This document shows, piece by piece, positions 1 through 10,900 of a stretch of 48,976 nucleotides of DNA. The position numbers and the translations under genes are program-made. The notes under the pieces were generated by a model. That model did not search any database and was not told where the DNA came from. It saw nothing but the letters and a program-made list of their open reading frames with translations. Origin of the DNA: a virus (taxonomy: Duplodnaviria > Heunggongvirae > Uroviricota > Caudoviricetes); IMG/VR virus record IMGVR_UViG_3300016467_000502, positions 76,785-125,760 of that record; one strand, given 5' to 3'. Within the stretch, counting starts at the first letter, position 1, and every line of letters starts with the position of its first letter.

Positions 1-1
1 T

Positions 2-3000
2 GTTCATTACTGCATACATGACTGTAATACCAATTTCTGTGTCACCCTTATCCTGGATAAGGTTACCCATTTCAGAAATATTGGTAACCTTGCCAAGTAC
101 GCGACGGCTAGCACCACCGGTAACATCATCTATGTACTTAGTATAGTCTTTCTGTAAAGGATTGATAAGCCTGTACAGTTGGGTGCTGTCGCTCAGGTCG
201 CTGACCTTACCCCAGTCTTTGAAGTAGTTGGCTAGGAATCCATCGTATCCATACACTTTACCTTTTGCCCACATAAAGTCACCTTGACTAAAGTGGTCAC
301 TTTCAAAGTTGCCCGCAGCAATCCATGACTGTACGTTACCAGAGATGTAGTTTTTCATCTGGCTGGCTGCGTCAAATCCCATACGGATGAACGCCGTGTA
401 AGCCATCAGCTGTTTCAGACGCTTTCTCAGTACACGAGTCTTAGCATCTTCTGCATCATCTTGTCCATATGCAAACTTCTTACGCTCAAACTTTAGCTGG
501 TCAATAATTTTATCAAGCTCGCGCTGACGAGACGCCATATCCACCGCCACTGATTTACCTGTTACAGGATCTGTAATATAAGTCGCTCCTGCTTCAATTT
601 CTTTTTTCAGACGTCCTGACATCATCTCCAGGTAAGTGATTGCGTTGTCTGCCATAGGCACAGCATCTTGCATAGCGATGTTGAAGTTAGCTTCCAAGAC
701 ATACTTAATCACTGCACCAATCGCATCCTGGGTCTGCATGTTTTCAGGAAGCTGTTCTGTATAACGCATGCGAATGCGTCCGCCCAAATCTCCAAATACG
801 TTATCTATACGCTCTTGTTCTCCCCTTGCTCTGACAGATTTGTCTACAAACTTGCTCCATTCTTTTTGCAATCCGCCTACAAGACCTTGTTCTGCAAGAT
901 TCTCTACAAGTGACGCGGCATAACCTGGAACCATATATCCAACCTTAGTACCCTCAACTTTTTTCTGGAGGTTGAAGAACATGTCCATCAGCTTGTTATA
1001 AAAGTCAAATACCTTAGGATCAGCCATTAACTTCTTATAGTTTTCATTGATGTTGGGACTGTTCTCAAATCCACGCTCAATCTGATAGTGACCGTTGGCA
1101 TCTACTATAATTCCCTTAGGCATAGGTATACCATCAGGGCTCTTTAGATACGCTGGATTCTTAGCACTCTCTCTGATACGCTTGATACTAAACTTAGGAT
1201 GTGGCAGTTCCGTATCCATGTACTGACTGTGCACAGATGGATTTACAACAACCTCTTCGTTGAATGCTTTGGGTGTTACGTTACCGCGCACATCGTAGCC
1301 TTTGGCAATAGACTCATAAGGCTGGTAGTGATTCAAATTATACCATTGCTCAAAATCAGACTCCACCACATCAAACTGTACAGTATAAAAGCGCAAGTCT
1401 TTCTGAGCTTTCTTTACTAGTTCAGGATCTCCCTTTCCTCTGGCCACCGCCAAATCGTTCTCTGCGTTGATCATGTTACGGTAAGCAGTATCCAACATGC
1501 GGTACTTGTCATCAAACAACTCCGTGTAGTATTTGCTTAACTGTCTGACACTCAGCATTTCTAATTGAGCATTGATTGTACTCAACTCCTGCTTTTCATC
1601 TTGAGTAAGTTTAGGTGCGGTCTTATCTTCTTGACGCTCTGCAATGATGTCTTGTATCTCGCCCTCAATTCTATCCAACTCTTCAATCTCTTCAGGCTGC
1701 ATGTACTTGGGATTGAACCTGCCCGCAGCGTCTTTGTGTGGACGCATTATGGCACGCTTCTCCTCCATGAGTTTCTGAATGCGGTCGTCTGTACCAAATA
1801 TGGCAGCACGCGCCTCATACAGCTCAGCCATCTTCTCATACCACTCTGTCTTGGGACGGCTAACGGTGTTCTCCTTCAGCCACTTGGCCCACATATCAGG
1901 GTCATCTGCATAACGGTTGAACGCGTTGTCATACATACGCTTGAACAAACCTTCATTGGGTACAAACTCAAAAATGGCGTCAAACTCCTGCATGTAACGG
2001 GCATAGTCCGGGTTACGCTTCTTGGCTTCTGCCTTCAGTTTTTTAATCTCCACCTGAATCTCTCTTACGCGGTCCAGGTCAGACTCTTCCAACAAAACTT
2101 CGTTACGCGCACCCACCTGGTGCATGATTACCTGAATCTCTAGGTATTTCTTCTGCATCTCATCGCGGATGTCGTGCGGCAACAACTGTTGCAATCTGTA
2201 GTACGCATCCACATATGGTAAGCTGGCGTTCTTCTGAAGCCAGGTCATGTAGTTGTCCACCTCTCTTTCACGCTCGCGCTTCTTATCCAGGTACGCTTTT
2301 TCCAGCGTCTTCATGGCAGCTTCTTTTTGCTTCATATCCTTTTCCACTGTCGTGTTGGTAGGATCTGTAGAAAAAAGTTTAGCAGCTTTGCTATATAGAC
2401 TGAACGCGGCAATATAATCGCGATTGGCGTCATACACTGCTCTATTCATTGTGCGCATGTTGGATGAGTACTCGCGGTACGTTTGCTCATATGCCTCACT
2501 CATGGGCTTGGTCAAGTTTAGCACACGCTTTTCCTGTACCTTGCCATCTTTATCCACATACTTAGTGGTTCTCCATTCGCTTACAAGCTTGTTAAGATCT
2601 CCAATGCTCATAGATTTTAGCAGCTCATCACGTGATTTGTCAAAGTCAAGACCAATCAGATTACGCATTGCTTCACGTTGCCCATTTGCCTGGGCGCGTT
2701 TAAACATCTGTACGTACGCGCTGACAATCATGTTGCTGCTGCTGGCTCCTGCAATTAACTCTCCGCCGGATACAATGTTGCCTAGCCCGGCAAGTGCACT
2801 GTTGTTGAAGATGTCTGAAGACGCCATATGCAAATCGCTATTGGGGTCTGTAATACCCTCGATGAACTTTTTCAGGTCATCATCTTCAAACGATACTCCT
2901 GTTTCCAGGAACTGCTCCAAATTCTTGATTTGAATTTCCAGCGCAGTAACCTGATTCATCAACGCTTTACCATTAGGACCTAACCGCTCCTCAATCTTGT

Positions 3001-4993
3001 CGCGGTATTCTTTACTCAAGAATGACATTGTGGTATTCTTAATCCATGGCATTACTCCTGCAAATTCTCCCTTCTGGAGCTTTTCCAGTTTCTTCTTGAG
3101 CGCATTAATCTTTGGAATCAAACCTTCCTCTGACTGTCTTTTCACGCCTTCAAAAACTTCTTTGCCCATCATCTTGGCAATCTCCACCATGTTTTCTAAA
3201 CCAATCTCCGCAAAGTTTCCTTCAATACGGGCGTTGGCCATCTCCATAGATTGAAGCTTCTTACTGATCTCTGAGTCTAGACCTAGCTTTTCTTTGTTGG
3301 CTGGATTACGACGGCCCTCATCCACAATCTCTTTCAGCGCCATGATCACACTCCACATCCCACGGGATTTGTTGTAGACCATGCCAATCTGTGTCTTATA
3401 CTTGTTGCGCTCAGAAAGTGAGGTTACGCTCTTAATACCCGCAATGGCCACGTCGCTGGATTCTTCTAGCTGTATAAGGTCATTCTGCAGGTAGTCCAGT
3501 ACCAATGAAAAGTTTACACTGGCTGACCCTTCTTTCATCTTCAGGATGTCATCAAAACTTCTTAGGGTTTCTCTGCGGTCTGCTAGCACCTTTCTGCGGT
3601 CTGGATCTTTATTGTCGCTTTTCTCCAACTCTGCAATCTGAGTCAGTACGTCGTTCAGTTCTTTCTCAACAGCTTGCTTCAGCGCGACCATCAGCTTTTC
3701 CATACCTTTCTCAGAAGGTTCAAAGTCAAAGATGTTGGCTTTCTTCTTGGCCTGCTCAGTCTTGGCAGAACCAGGAAACGGTACCTCTTCGTCAATGATG
3801 CGACGCATGTCTGCAATGCGCTGGTCTGATGTACTTAATTTAGTCTCCAGCTCAAAGTTGGTACCAGGCACAAGTACTCCACGGGCGTAGTCGTAGTAAT
3901 TGTCTTTGCTGAATATGCTCAGGTTAGCAGCACGGTAGCTACCAGAGTCCTGGTCAGTTTCATATAGCAACGCCACAATCTGACTGTTGTTAGTATTTAT
4001 TCCATGTTGTGCCAGAATGTTTTCATAAGTCTTGAGCTGTAGTGTCCACGTGTCATACGCGGTGCGGTACTGTTTCTTTAATAGTCTCAGTGTACCGGCT
4101 TTGCCGTCTACCTTAGTATTCTTATGTGCCAGGTGCAGCATTACAGAATCCATATTCATGTATGTGTCACCCGTGATAGGATCTGTTATTGTTGTTCCGC
4201 TAACCTTTTTGGTCTTGAAATCAAAGATTTCCACATTACCATCAGAGTCAATCAACAGCATATCCAGACGCCCGATTACCATGCTGCCGCTTTTGGTCAT
4301 ACCTGTTACAGTAATCTCAGGCAAAATCATATAGTTGTTGTCTGCCTTAGCTGTAACCTGTATGGCAATACGCGTGGCCAGGTTGTACATCATGTCCTTA
4401 GGAAAATCCTTGACTTCTTTTTTCTTACCCTCTGTATAGAACTTCTCAAAACGTTTGTCAAAGAATTCCCTGGTAAGCACTTGAGAAATATTACGACCTG
4501 TACTAAGCGCGTCCTGCTGTGCAAGCTCAATCACTTCGTGCATAAATATCCCAAACTCCTTGAACTCCTCGTACTTGCTAGGGTCACCTTTAAAATCTGC
4601 AGAACCTAACAGGTTAGATACGCTGACTGTTTTAACAGGTTGCTCCCCGCGTGCAGCTTTATCTATGTTGTCTTCCAGAAACTTCTGGTAAGAACGGTTC
4701 ATGTTAATGAGCACCTGGATTTGCTCCTTCTGTGCATTGGTACCACGCAATAACATTTTTTCCAAATGCTTCTCTTGCTGCTTAGCACGAATCAGTTTAA
4801 ATTCATCACTGGACAGTGAGATTTGTTCGTCTTTCTCCTGAGTGGGAAGGTTCTGCAAAAGCTTGTGTGCGGTAGCCACATCAGGCACCTCAAAGTTGTT
4901 CATTTTGTAGACCGTCAACGCGTCACCCTCGCTGCCAAGTGCGGCAACAAGGGCTTTCCATGAAGGGTCATTAGGGTTAGGGCAGGCGCTCAT
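2..4993 (-). CDS. Giant virion/ejection protein with N-terminal PD-(D/E)XK nuclease domain (partial, >1664 aa, runs off the left edge; absent from the ORF track)
   Basis: Manual translation from ATG at 4993 gives MSACPNPNDPSWKALV... and I found no stop down to position 2 (...DKGDTEIGITVMYAVMN). Nuclease motifs: FGIFMHEVIE, LPEITV, GRLDMLLID (about 4262-4273), EIFDFKT (about 4211-4222), WTLQLKTY. The rest is helical/coiled-coil. It starts 3 nt after the stop of the RNAP gene, the position expected for a crAss-like giant cargo gene. Confidence 0.88.
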   Translation of the reverse strand, partial: MSACPNPNDPSWKALVAALGSEGDALTVYKMNNFEVPDVATAHKLLQNLPTQEKDEQISLSSDEFKLIRAKQQEKHLEKMLLRGTNAQKEQIQVLINMNRSYQKFLEDNIDKAARGEQPVKTVSVSNLLGSADFKGDPSKYEEFKEFGIFMHEVIELAQQDALSTGRNISQVLTREFFDKRFEKFYTEGKKKEVKDFPKDMMYNLATRIAIQVTAKADNNYMILPEITVTGMTKSGSMVIGRLDMLLIDSDGNVEIFDFKTKKVSGTTITDPITGDTYMNMDSVMLHLAHKNTKVDGKAGTLRLLKKQYRTAYDTWTLQLKTYENILAQHGINTNNSQIVALLYETDQDSGSYRAANLSIFSKDNYYDYARGVLVPGTNFELETKLSTSDQRIADMRRIIDEEVPFPGSAKTEQAKKKANIFDFEPSEKGMEKLMVALKQAVEKELNDVLTQIAELEKSDNKDPDRRKVLADRRETLRSFDDILKMKEGSASVNFSLVLDYLQNDLIQLEESSDVAIAGIKSVTSLSERNKYKTQIGMVYNKSRGMWSVIMALKEIVDEGRRNPANKEKLGLDSEISKKLQSMEMANARIEGNFAEIGLENMVEIAKMMGKEVFEGVKRQSEEGLIPKINALKKKLEKLQKGEFAGVMPWIKNTTMSFLSKEYRDKIEERLGPNGKALMNQVTALEIQIKNLEQFLETGVSFEDDDLKKFIEGITDPNSDLHMASSDIFNNSALAGLGNIVSGGELIAGASSSNMIVSAYVQMFKRAQANGQREAMRNLIGLDFDKSRDELLKSMSIGDLNKLVSEWRTTKYVDKDGKVQEKRVLNLTKPMSEAYEQTYREYSSNMRTMNRAVYDANRDYIAAFSLYSKAAKLFSTDPTNTTVEKDMKQKEAAMKTLEKAYLDKKREREREVDNYMTWLQKNASLPYVDAYYRLQQLLPHDIRDEMQKKYLEIQVIMHQVGARNEVLLEESDLDRVREIQVEIKKLKAEAKKRNPDYARYMQEFDAIFEFVPNEGLFKRMYDNAFNRYADDPDMWAKWLKENTVSRPKTEWYEKMAELYEARAAIFGTDDRIQKLMEEKRAIMRPHKDAAGRFNPKYMQPEEIEELDRIEGEIQDIIAERQEDKTAPKLTQDEKQELSTINAQLEMLSVRQLSKYYTELFDDKYRMLDTAYRNMINAENDLAVARGKGDPELVKKAQKDLRFYTVQFDVVESDFEQWYNLNHYQPYESIAKGYDVRGNVTPKAFNEEVVVNPSVHSQYMDTELPHPKFSIKRIRESAKNPAYLKSPDGIPMPKGIIVDANGHYQIERGFENSPNINENYKKLMADPKVFDFYNKLMDMFFNLQKKVEGTKVGYMVPGYAASLVENLAEQGLVGGLQKEWSKFVDKSVRARGEQERIDNVFGDLGGRIRMRYTEQLPENMQTQDAIGAVIKYVLEANFNIAMQDAVPMADNAITYLEMMSGRLKKEIEAGATYITDPVTGKSVAVDMASRQRELDKIIDQLKFERKKFAYGQDDAEDAKTRVLRKRLKQLMAYTAFIRMGFDAASQMKNYISGNVQSWIAAGNFESDHFSQGDFMWAKGKVYGYDGFLANYFKDWGKVSDLSDSTQLYRLINPLQKDYTKYIDDVTGGASRRVLGKVTNISEMGNLIQDKGDTEIGITVMYAVMN

Positions 4994-4996
4994 AGG

Positions 4997-7900
4997 TTAT
5001 AGGCAGGTAATATCGTCAATTATGTCTTCAGTGCTTTTCACTCCACGCATCTTGTCTGCAAAGCGTTTTGCTTCCTGAGCAAACTTTTCAAACGTCATGC
5101 GTTGGCTACTATTTGCATACAAATATCGTAAAGCTTTGTCTGATAGATTCAGGTCAACCAAATCTTTTTCAAGTGATGCTTCCAGATTTCCATCTTCATC
5201 CTCAAAGATTTCAGGTCCTGCAGGTTGTTGTTGAACTTGAGCAGGTTTGTTATTGTCCAGCAACTCAAACTCAATAGCTGCTGCTCCTGTTTTGAATCGG
5301 TCTATTACAAACGCATCTTCTTTGCGCCATCCTTCTTTCTCCCAGGTTCCTTTCCATCCAGGTGTACCTTTAGGGTGAACAGCTGTTACGCGCGCAAGCA
5401 CCTGCTTGGTTGTACCATCGGCAGATGTTCCAAAGTGCTTAATGACGTCCCCTACCTGTATGTTATACTTGGCCATCTCTTTCTCAGAACGAGTGGTCCT
5501 AGTTCTGAAACCTCCAAGAATCATATCAATAGAACGTGCATCTGGTCCTAGTGCCGCTTCTACTTGAGCATTGGCTTTTACCAGGCTTCCGAAACTTTCT
5601 ACTCCACTTACTTTGTTCTGAGGAATGCTTGCTTTGATGTTACTGTTTTCAGTTATGTTTTTAGCAGGTGTTTTAGCCAGCTCCATGATTGCCAGGCGGT
5701 TGCCATCATTCTCCGCCCACTTCATTTGTTTGAAGGTTGCCATAGAAATGATGTTTCCTTTTGGTGTTACCATGTACTGCTGATCTTTGTAGCTTACAAT
5801 CTGCGCGCTTTCAGCCATTGGTGTCAGGTTGCGCTCAGCAACAGATACCTTGGAACCAGCACCTTCTTTGGTTGGGTTATAGATCTGTATGGTTTTGTTG
5901 GCGTTAATCTTTGTGACAATGTATACAGCGTCATTAAACTTCACATAACGACCTGGCTCCAGTGCAATCTTTTCCTTAGGTTCCTTTGGTGTGATGTCTT
6001 TGGTCTCAGTTTTTTCAGCTGTAGGTGTTACAACAGGTTCACTGACTTTGATACCTTTTTTTCTGGCCAAGATTCTGGCAGCCATGCTAGTGTCTTCTGT
6101 CATACCAGAACCTTCCGTCTCATCTACTTCTTCAGGGCCGTCCTCTTCTTCTATTTCTGGTTCAGGTGTGCTGCGCAGGGTTTGCGTAGCTCTGAAGTCT
6201 GTAGGTACATAGTTGTCTTCTGATTCAACAACTGTCTCTACTTTCTCAACCATGATCTCTGCAAACTTGTTGATCTCGTCTGCATCGAATCCCATAGGAG
6301 AGATGGCTTCTGCCATCAGGTTGCTTGGCATCAGGGTGTAGCGTGCAGCTTTACCAGACGTGGCAAATGATGTAGACTTGCCAGACAGCGTGTTAAATAC
6401 ATTCTCTCCAATTGTACCGCTTACTTCGTCTCCAGCTCCCTGTAACATGTACACAGAACCGTCCTGGAATTTAATCACCATAGGAAAAGCAAACTGTCCT
6501 TCGTTGCCAGTCTCAATACCAAACATGCCGGCAAGGCGTGCAATGGCAAAGTCATTCAGACCATAGATACCCAGTGCTTCGTCAGTCATGTTGATGACAA
6601 ACTCTGCACCCAGTTCTTTTTGTCCCATAGGCAATACCAGGTTTCCGCGTGAAGGTGTAGGTATAATCTCACCAGACTTACCAAACATAGCATTAATTAC
6701 ATTGGTGATTGCTGCACGCTTGTCGTCCGCGCTCATACCTTCAGGTACAGGCAATGTTTGCATCAAACGCTTCTTCTCACTGATATTCAAATTGAATCTG
6801 GTCTTGATGCGGGTATTGTTGGGTTCCTTGATAGCGTTATACACCATGTTGGTGAACAGCATATCAAATGCGTCATATACTTTATCATTGTCCGTCGCGC
6901 CAAAGAAGTCTTGAATCATCTTCTCAAATGCGTCAGGATCATTGTAAGTTGTCTTCAGGGTATTGACAAACAAGTCAATGTTATTGCTCAGTTCTTTTCT
7001 GAATACACGTGGCAGGAAGTTGTAGAACATGTTCTTCTTGTTTCCCATACCTCCGCGTGCCAGTTCATGGTAGAACAGTTTCTTTAAAAACAGTTTACCC
7101 TCCTGGTCATTCATCAAGCTCATTACGTCGTTGTACACACCACTAGCCTCATCGCTCTTCAACTTGACCGTGTTGATCATCTTGATAAAGCGCATAGGCA
7201 GTTGTTCCTCCCCAATCTGTGCAATCTGGGATTCTACCACTTCTTCTTTCAGGTAGTTCAGAAACTTGTTGTTAGGGTACTTGGCCTGGAAGCTGCGAAG
7301 CTCCTCACCCAGGGTGTTGGTGAACCAGAACTCGGCAGTGAACGTGTCACGCAACGCCTGGTCCTCACGATCGATCAAACTCTGGATGTATGAATCTGCA
7401 GACTTGCGGCTGCCAGGTAATGTGTCTCTCAGACGCTTGATACCTACATAGCCCACAATTGTCTTGGCAATATGACTCTTATCCATGAACAGTTCCTTGA
7501 ACACGTTGTTAATCTGTTTAAAGAACGGACCGCGCTCCAAGAACAGGTTAGATGACTGTTGTGCAAGGTCAGTACCCATTTTGAACAGTTCGTTCCACAC
7601 CTGGTCTTCCAGTAATGGCTTCATTGATTCTTCTGTAAAGATGCTTTCTCCACTCATCATGGAAGCCATGTTGCTGTATATCTTATCAAAGCTAGTGAAC
7701 TCAGGATTCAGCGCCTTTAGCATGTTAATCATAGAACCGGCAGTAGCAATGTCAAATGACTGTGCAGCCTGCTGTTCGTACATGTTTAACAATACCCACT
7801 TTTGAGCATCTTCTGAAAGAACTGCATCAGACTTTAATCCTTTAACAGTGTATCCAATCTCACCAATCGTCAGCTCATTGTTGGACATGCGAGTGTCATC

Positions 7901-10900
7901 TAGTTTCATGCCACGCTCCAGTGGGGTGCTAAACTCAATAACCAGCTTGCTCTTGTTGATCCTTGGATCAAAGAACGGCATGTCCTCATCAAACAATCCA
8001 GCTTCTGTCAGCTCTTGGAATACCTCTGGTGTCAGTAGTTCTGCAGCCGCCTTTCTGACTTCAGAAGACAGTGACGCAAATTGTTTATCTGTAGTAGAAC
8101 GTAATGCGCGTTGTGCGGCAATGACTGTTGCACTGGCTTGGGCAATTTCAGGAATGAAGTTGAACCCGAGCGCAAACTCAGGACGCAGACCCACACCGAT
8201 CATGGCCAGGGTAACACCTGTGTTCACATCGTTCATCTTCAGTGCAGATGGAATAGGCTCTTTGGCACCATCGGCAAACATACCCAGTACGTTACCAATC
8301 AGTGCAATTACGCGCTGCTTTTCTGCGTTGATAGCGCCAAACTTATGAAGGCGGTTCCAGTTCTTGCCAGTCTTGTCAGAATGGAATTGCCATACGGGTT
8401 TTTCCAACTCCAGCTCATACCAGCTGGCCATTGCCAAAAACTTGTTCATGTTGGCGGTGATACCAATACCATCTTTAAAGATACCATTGTCAGCTTTAGA
8501 GCGGATCATGGAGGTGATGGTATACTGGTTAGTTTTCAGACCTGCTTTCTTCAGGTCAATGCCAAATTCTTTAGCAAGCTGTTTAAAACGATCCACACTG
8601 GAACGTTCTTTCTTATACAAGTAGTTGAATATCTGTTCGTTACCCAGGATAGCCTGGCGAGCATTCAGGTTCTGGTTTTGGTACTTGTCCGCCACCAGGT
8701 CTTGCATGAACTCATGCTTCTCAAACTCCTCAATGTTGATTGGAATGTCAAACTTGCTCAGTACGTCAAACATTGCCTTTACCTTGGCAGCAGCATACAT
8801 GAACTTCTCCGCTGTAGAAGCAGCTTCCCAAGATTCTTCTTGAAGTGGGCGGATGTCTTTGATAGTATCAGCTAGTTGTTGCTTTACACCACGGATCTCA
8901 TCAATGGCTTTGCTGCGCTTTTGCTTGATGTCCTTCAAGCTGTTCACACGCTTCTTGCCACCCTTCTTGGTTTCACCCAGTGCAATCTGGTCTTTCAACT
9001 CATCCAGGTAATCACCCAACTCATCTCTTTGTTCAGACAGCGCCTCAATGTCTGCCTGCATTTCTTCAATGCGGGCATTAATCTGAGAAAGGTTGATGGT
9101 CTTGACAAAGTCATCGGTGGTAAATCCAAGCATCTTCATGTACTTGAACACATCAGAATCAGAGTCCAGATCAAACGTACCTTCTTCTCTGATTTCACGC
9201 AAACGACTGGCAATCAAGTCTTTGAATTCATCCTTCTTAGTGATGAAGTGCATGAACTCCACAAACTTACCTTCGCGCTCGTTGCGGTAATTCTTATAGT
9301 CACCATACTTCACAAACTGGCCGTTCATATTCTTGTAGTAGGAGTACGCCTGTGCATACAGGGTATCTACGTCAAAGTCAGAACCGGCAAGCATGTGTAC
9401 AAAGTATGGTACAATGATACCGTTGAGGTTGGAGCTGTCCATGTAGTCCACTGCTTTCAGGATTACCATGGAACGTTTGTCCTCCGTAGGAATACGAGTG
9501 GCAAACAACCTGGTCAATTCCTGTTCAAAGAACTCGCGGAATTCTGGGTTGTCCCTGAATGGCTCAGGCAGGATACATTCTACCATGTAGATGGTGCGTC
9601 CTGTAGGTTTGCCGTCTTTGTCCAACTCTGGTTCTGACGTCACACCCAGCTTTCTCACACCCACGTTAGGATATGCCGCTTTGTTTTTAGCATACTCCTG
9701 GGTCTTGATCACTTCGCCTGTGTCCTTGTTGTAAAGAACGTCATAACCAAACTGGCTAATGTGGATAAACTTACCTCCTGAACCTTTTTCATCGGTCACA
9801 TGCTTAGAGTACTGAGAAAAGAAGTAGTACTCCAGCATACTGCGGATCTCTGGCAGGTTGGGGCTGTACACCGGTTTACCCGCTGCGTCCAGTTCAAACA
9901 TCTCCAGCATTTGCTGGGGTGCTCCTTGAACCGCCAGGTTCTCACGGATCATGTTATAGATTTTGCTCACCTTGAAGTTACCGGCCTCCACAATGTCATT
10001 GACAATGTCTTCCGCTGCTTCATAGGTTTCTTTGGATACACTCTTGTCGTTAGCCAGAGCATCCAGCACCAAACGGGCGTTTTGCTTGTGACGCTCTGTC
10101 ACAGCTTTGGTACCCTTGAAATCATTGATGATGTCTCCTAACTTGCTAATTTGTGCAGCAGCTTCTGAAGACACTTTATCCTGGTTAGCAATCTTGGATA
10201 GCTCTTTTTGACGAGCTAGTGCATCAGAAGGTACCATGCCTCTCATAATGTTGGTCAGGTACAACAAACGCGCGCGGGTAGCGTCACGCAAACTGTCCTG
10301 GTAATCTGCTAACAATCTATCAGCCAGATTATCCAAGAACTCACGCTCTGACTTGTTAAGCTTGCGGTTATCCGCAATCTCAATCAGGTCAGCCAGTTTC
10401 TGAATGTCTGCCGGTAACAGCATCTTAGCCTGTACAGAAAGCTTAGCCTTATCTTTTACACCTGAAGTTTCCACCTGCAGGAACTTATATCTGTTGTCTA
10501 CGTCTACAGCAATAAAGTCAAAATTTAAGTACCCTGCTTTCTTGGGAGCTCTCAATACATTGATAGGCAAACGTGTTGCGTTCTTAGAAGCTTCCGCGTC
10601 CATGAACTGGTCAATTTGGAAGTACTCCATAGCGTTCAGGATTTCATGCGCCCTTACCCTGTGAGGTAGTGGCTCATAAAACTCATGAATCATTCTTACC
10701 GTATCCTGTATCTGAGAAAACGTAGCCTTAGAATCTTCTCCTGTTTTTAACTGACGCTGATACTGTTTACGAAGCTCATACACTTTTGACCACATGGTAT
10801 GCAGCATGTCATATACGTCCTGCTCTGTTTCTTCAGTACCGTCAAAGTACTCGTCTTTGATGCGGCTAACATCCAGGCGGTCGAACATGTTTTCAGACTG

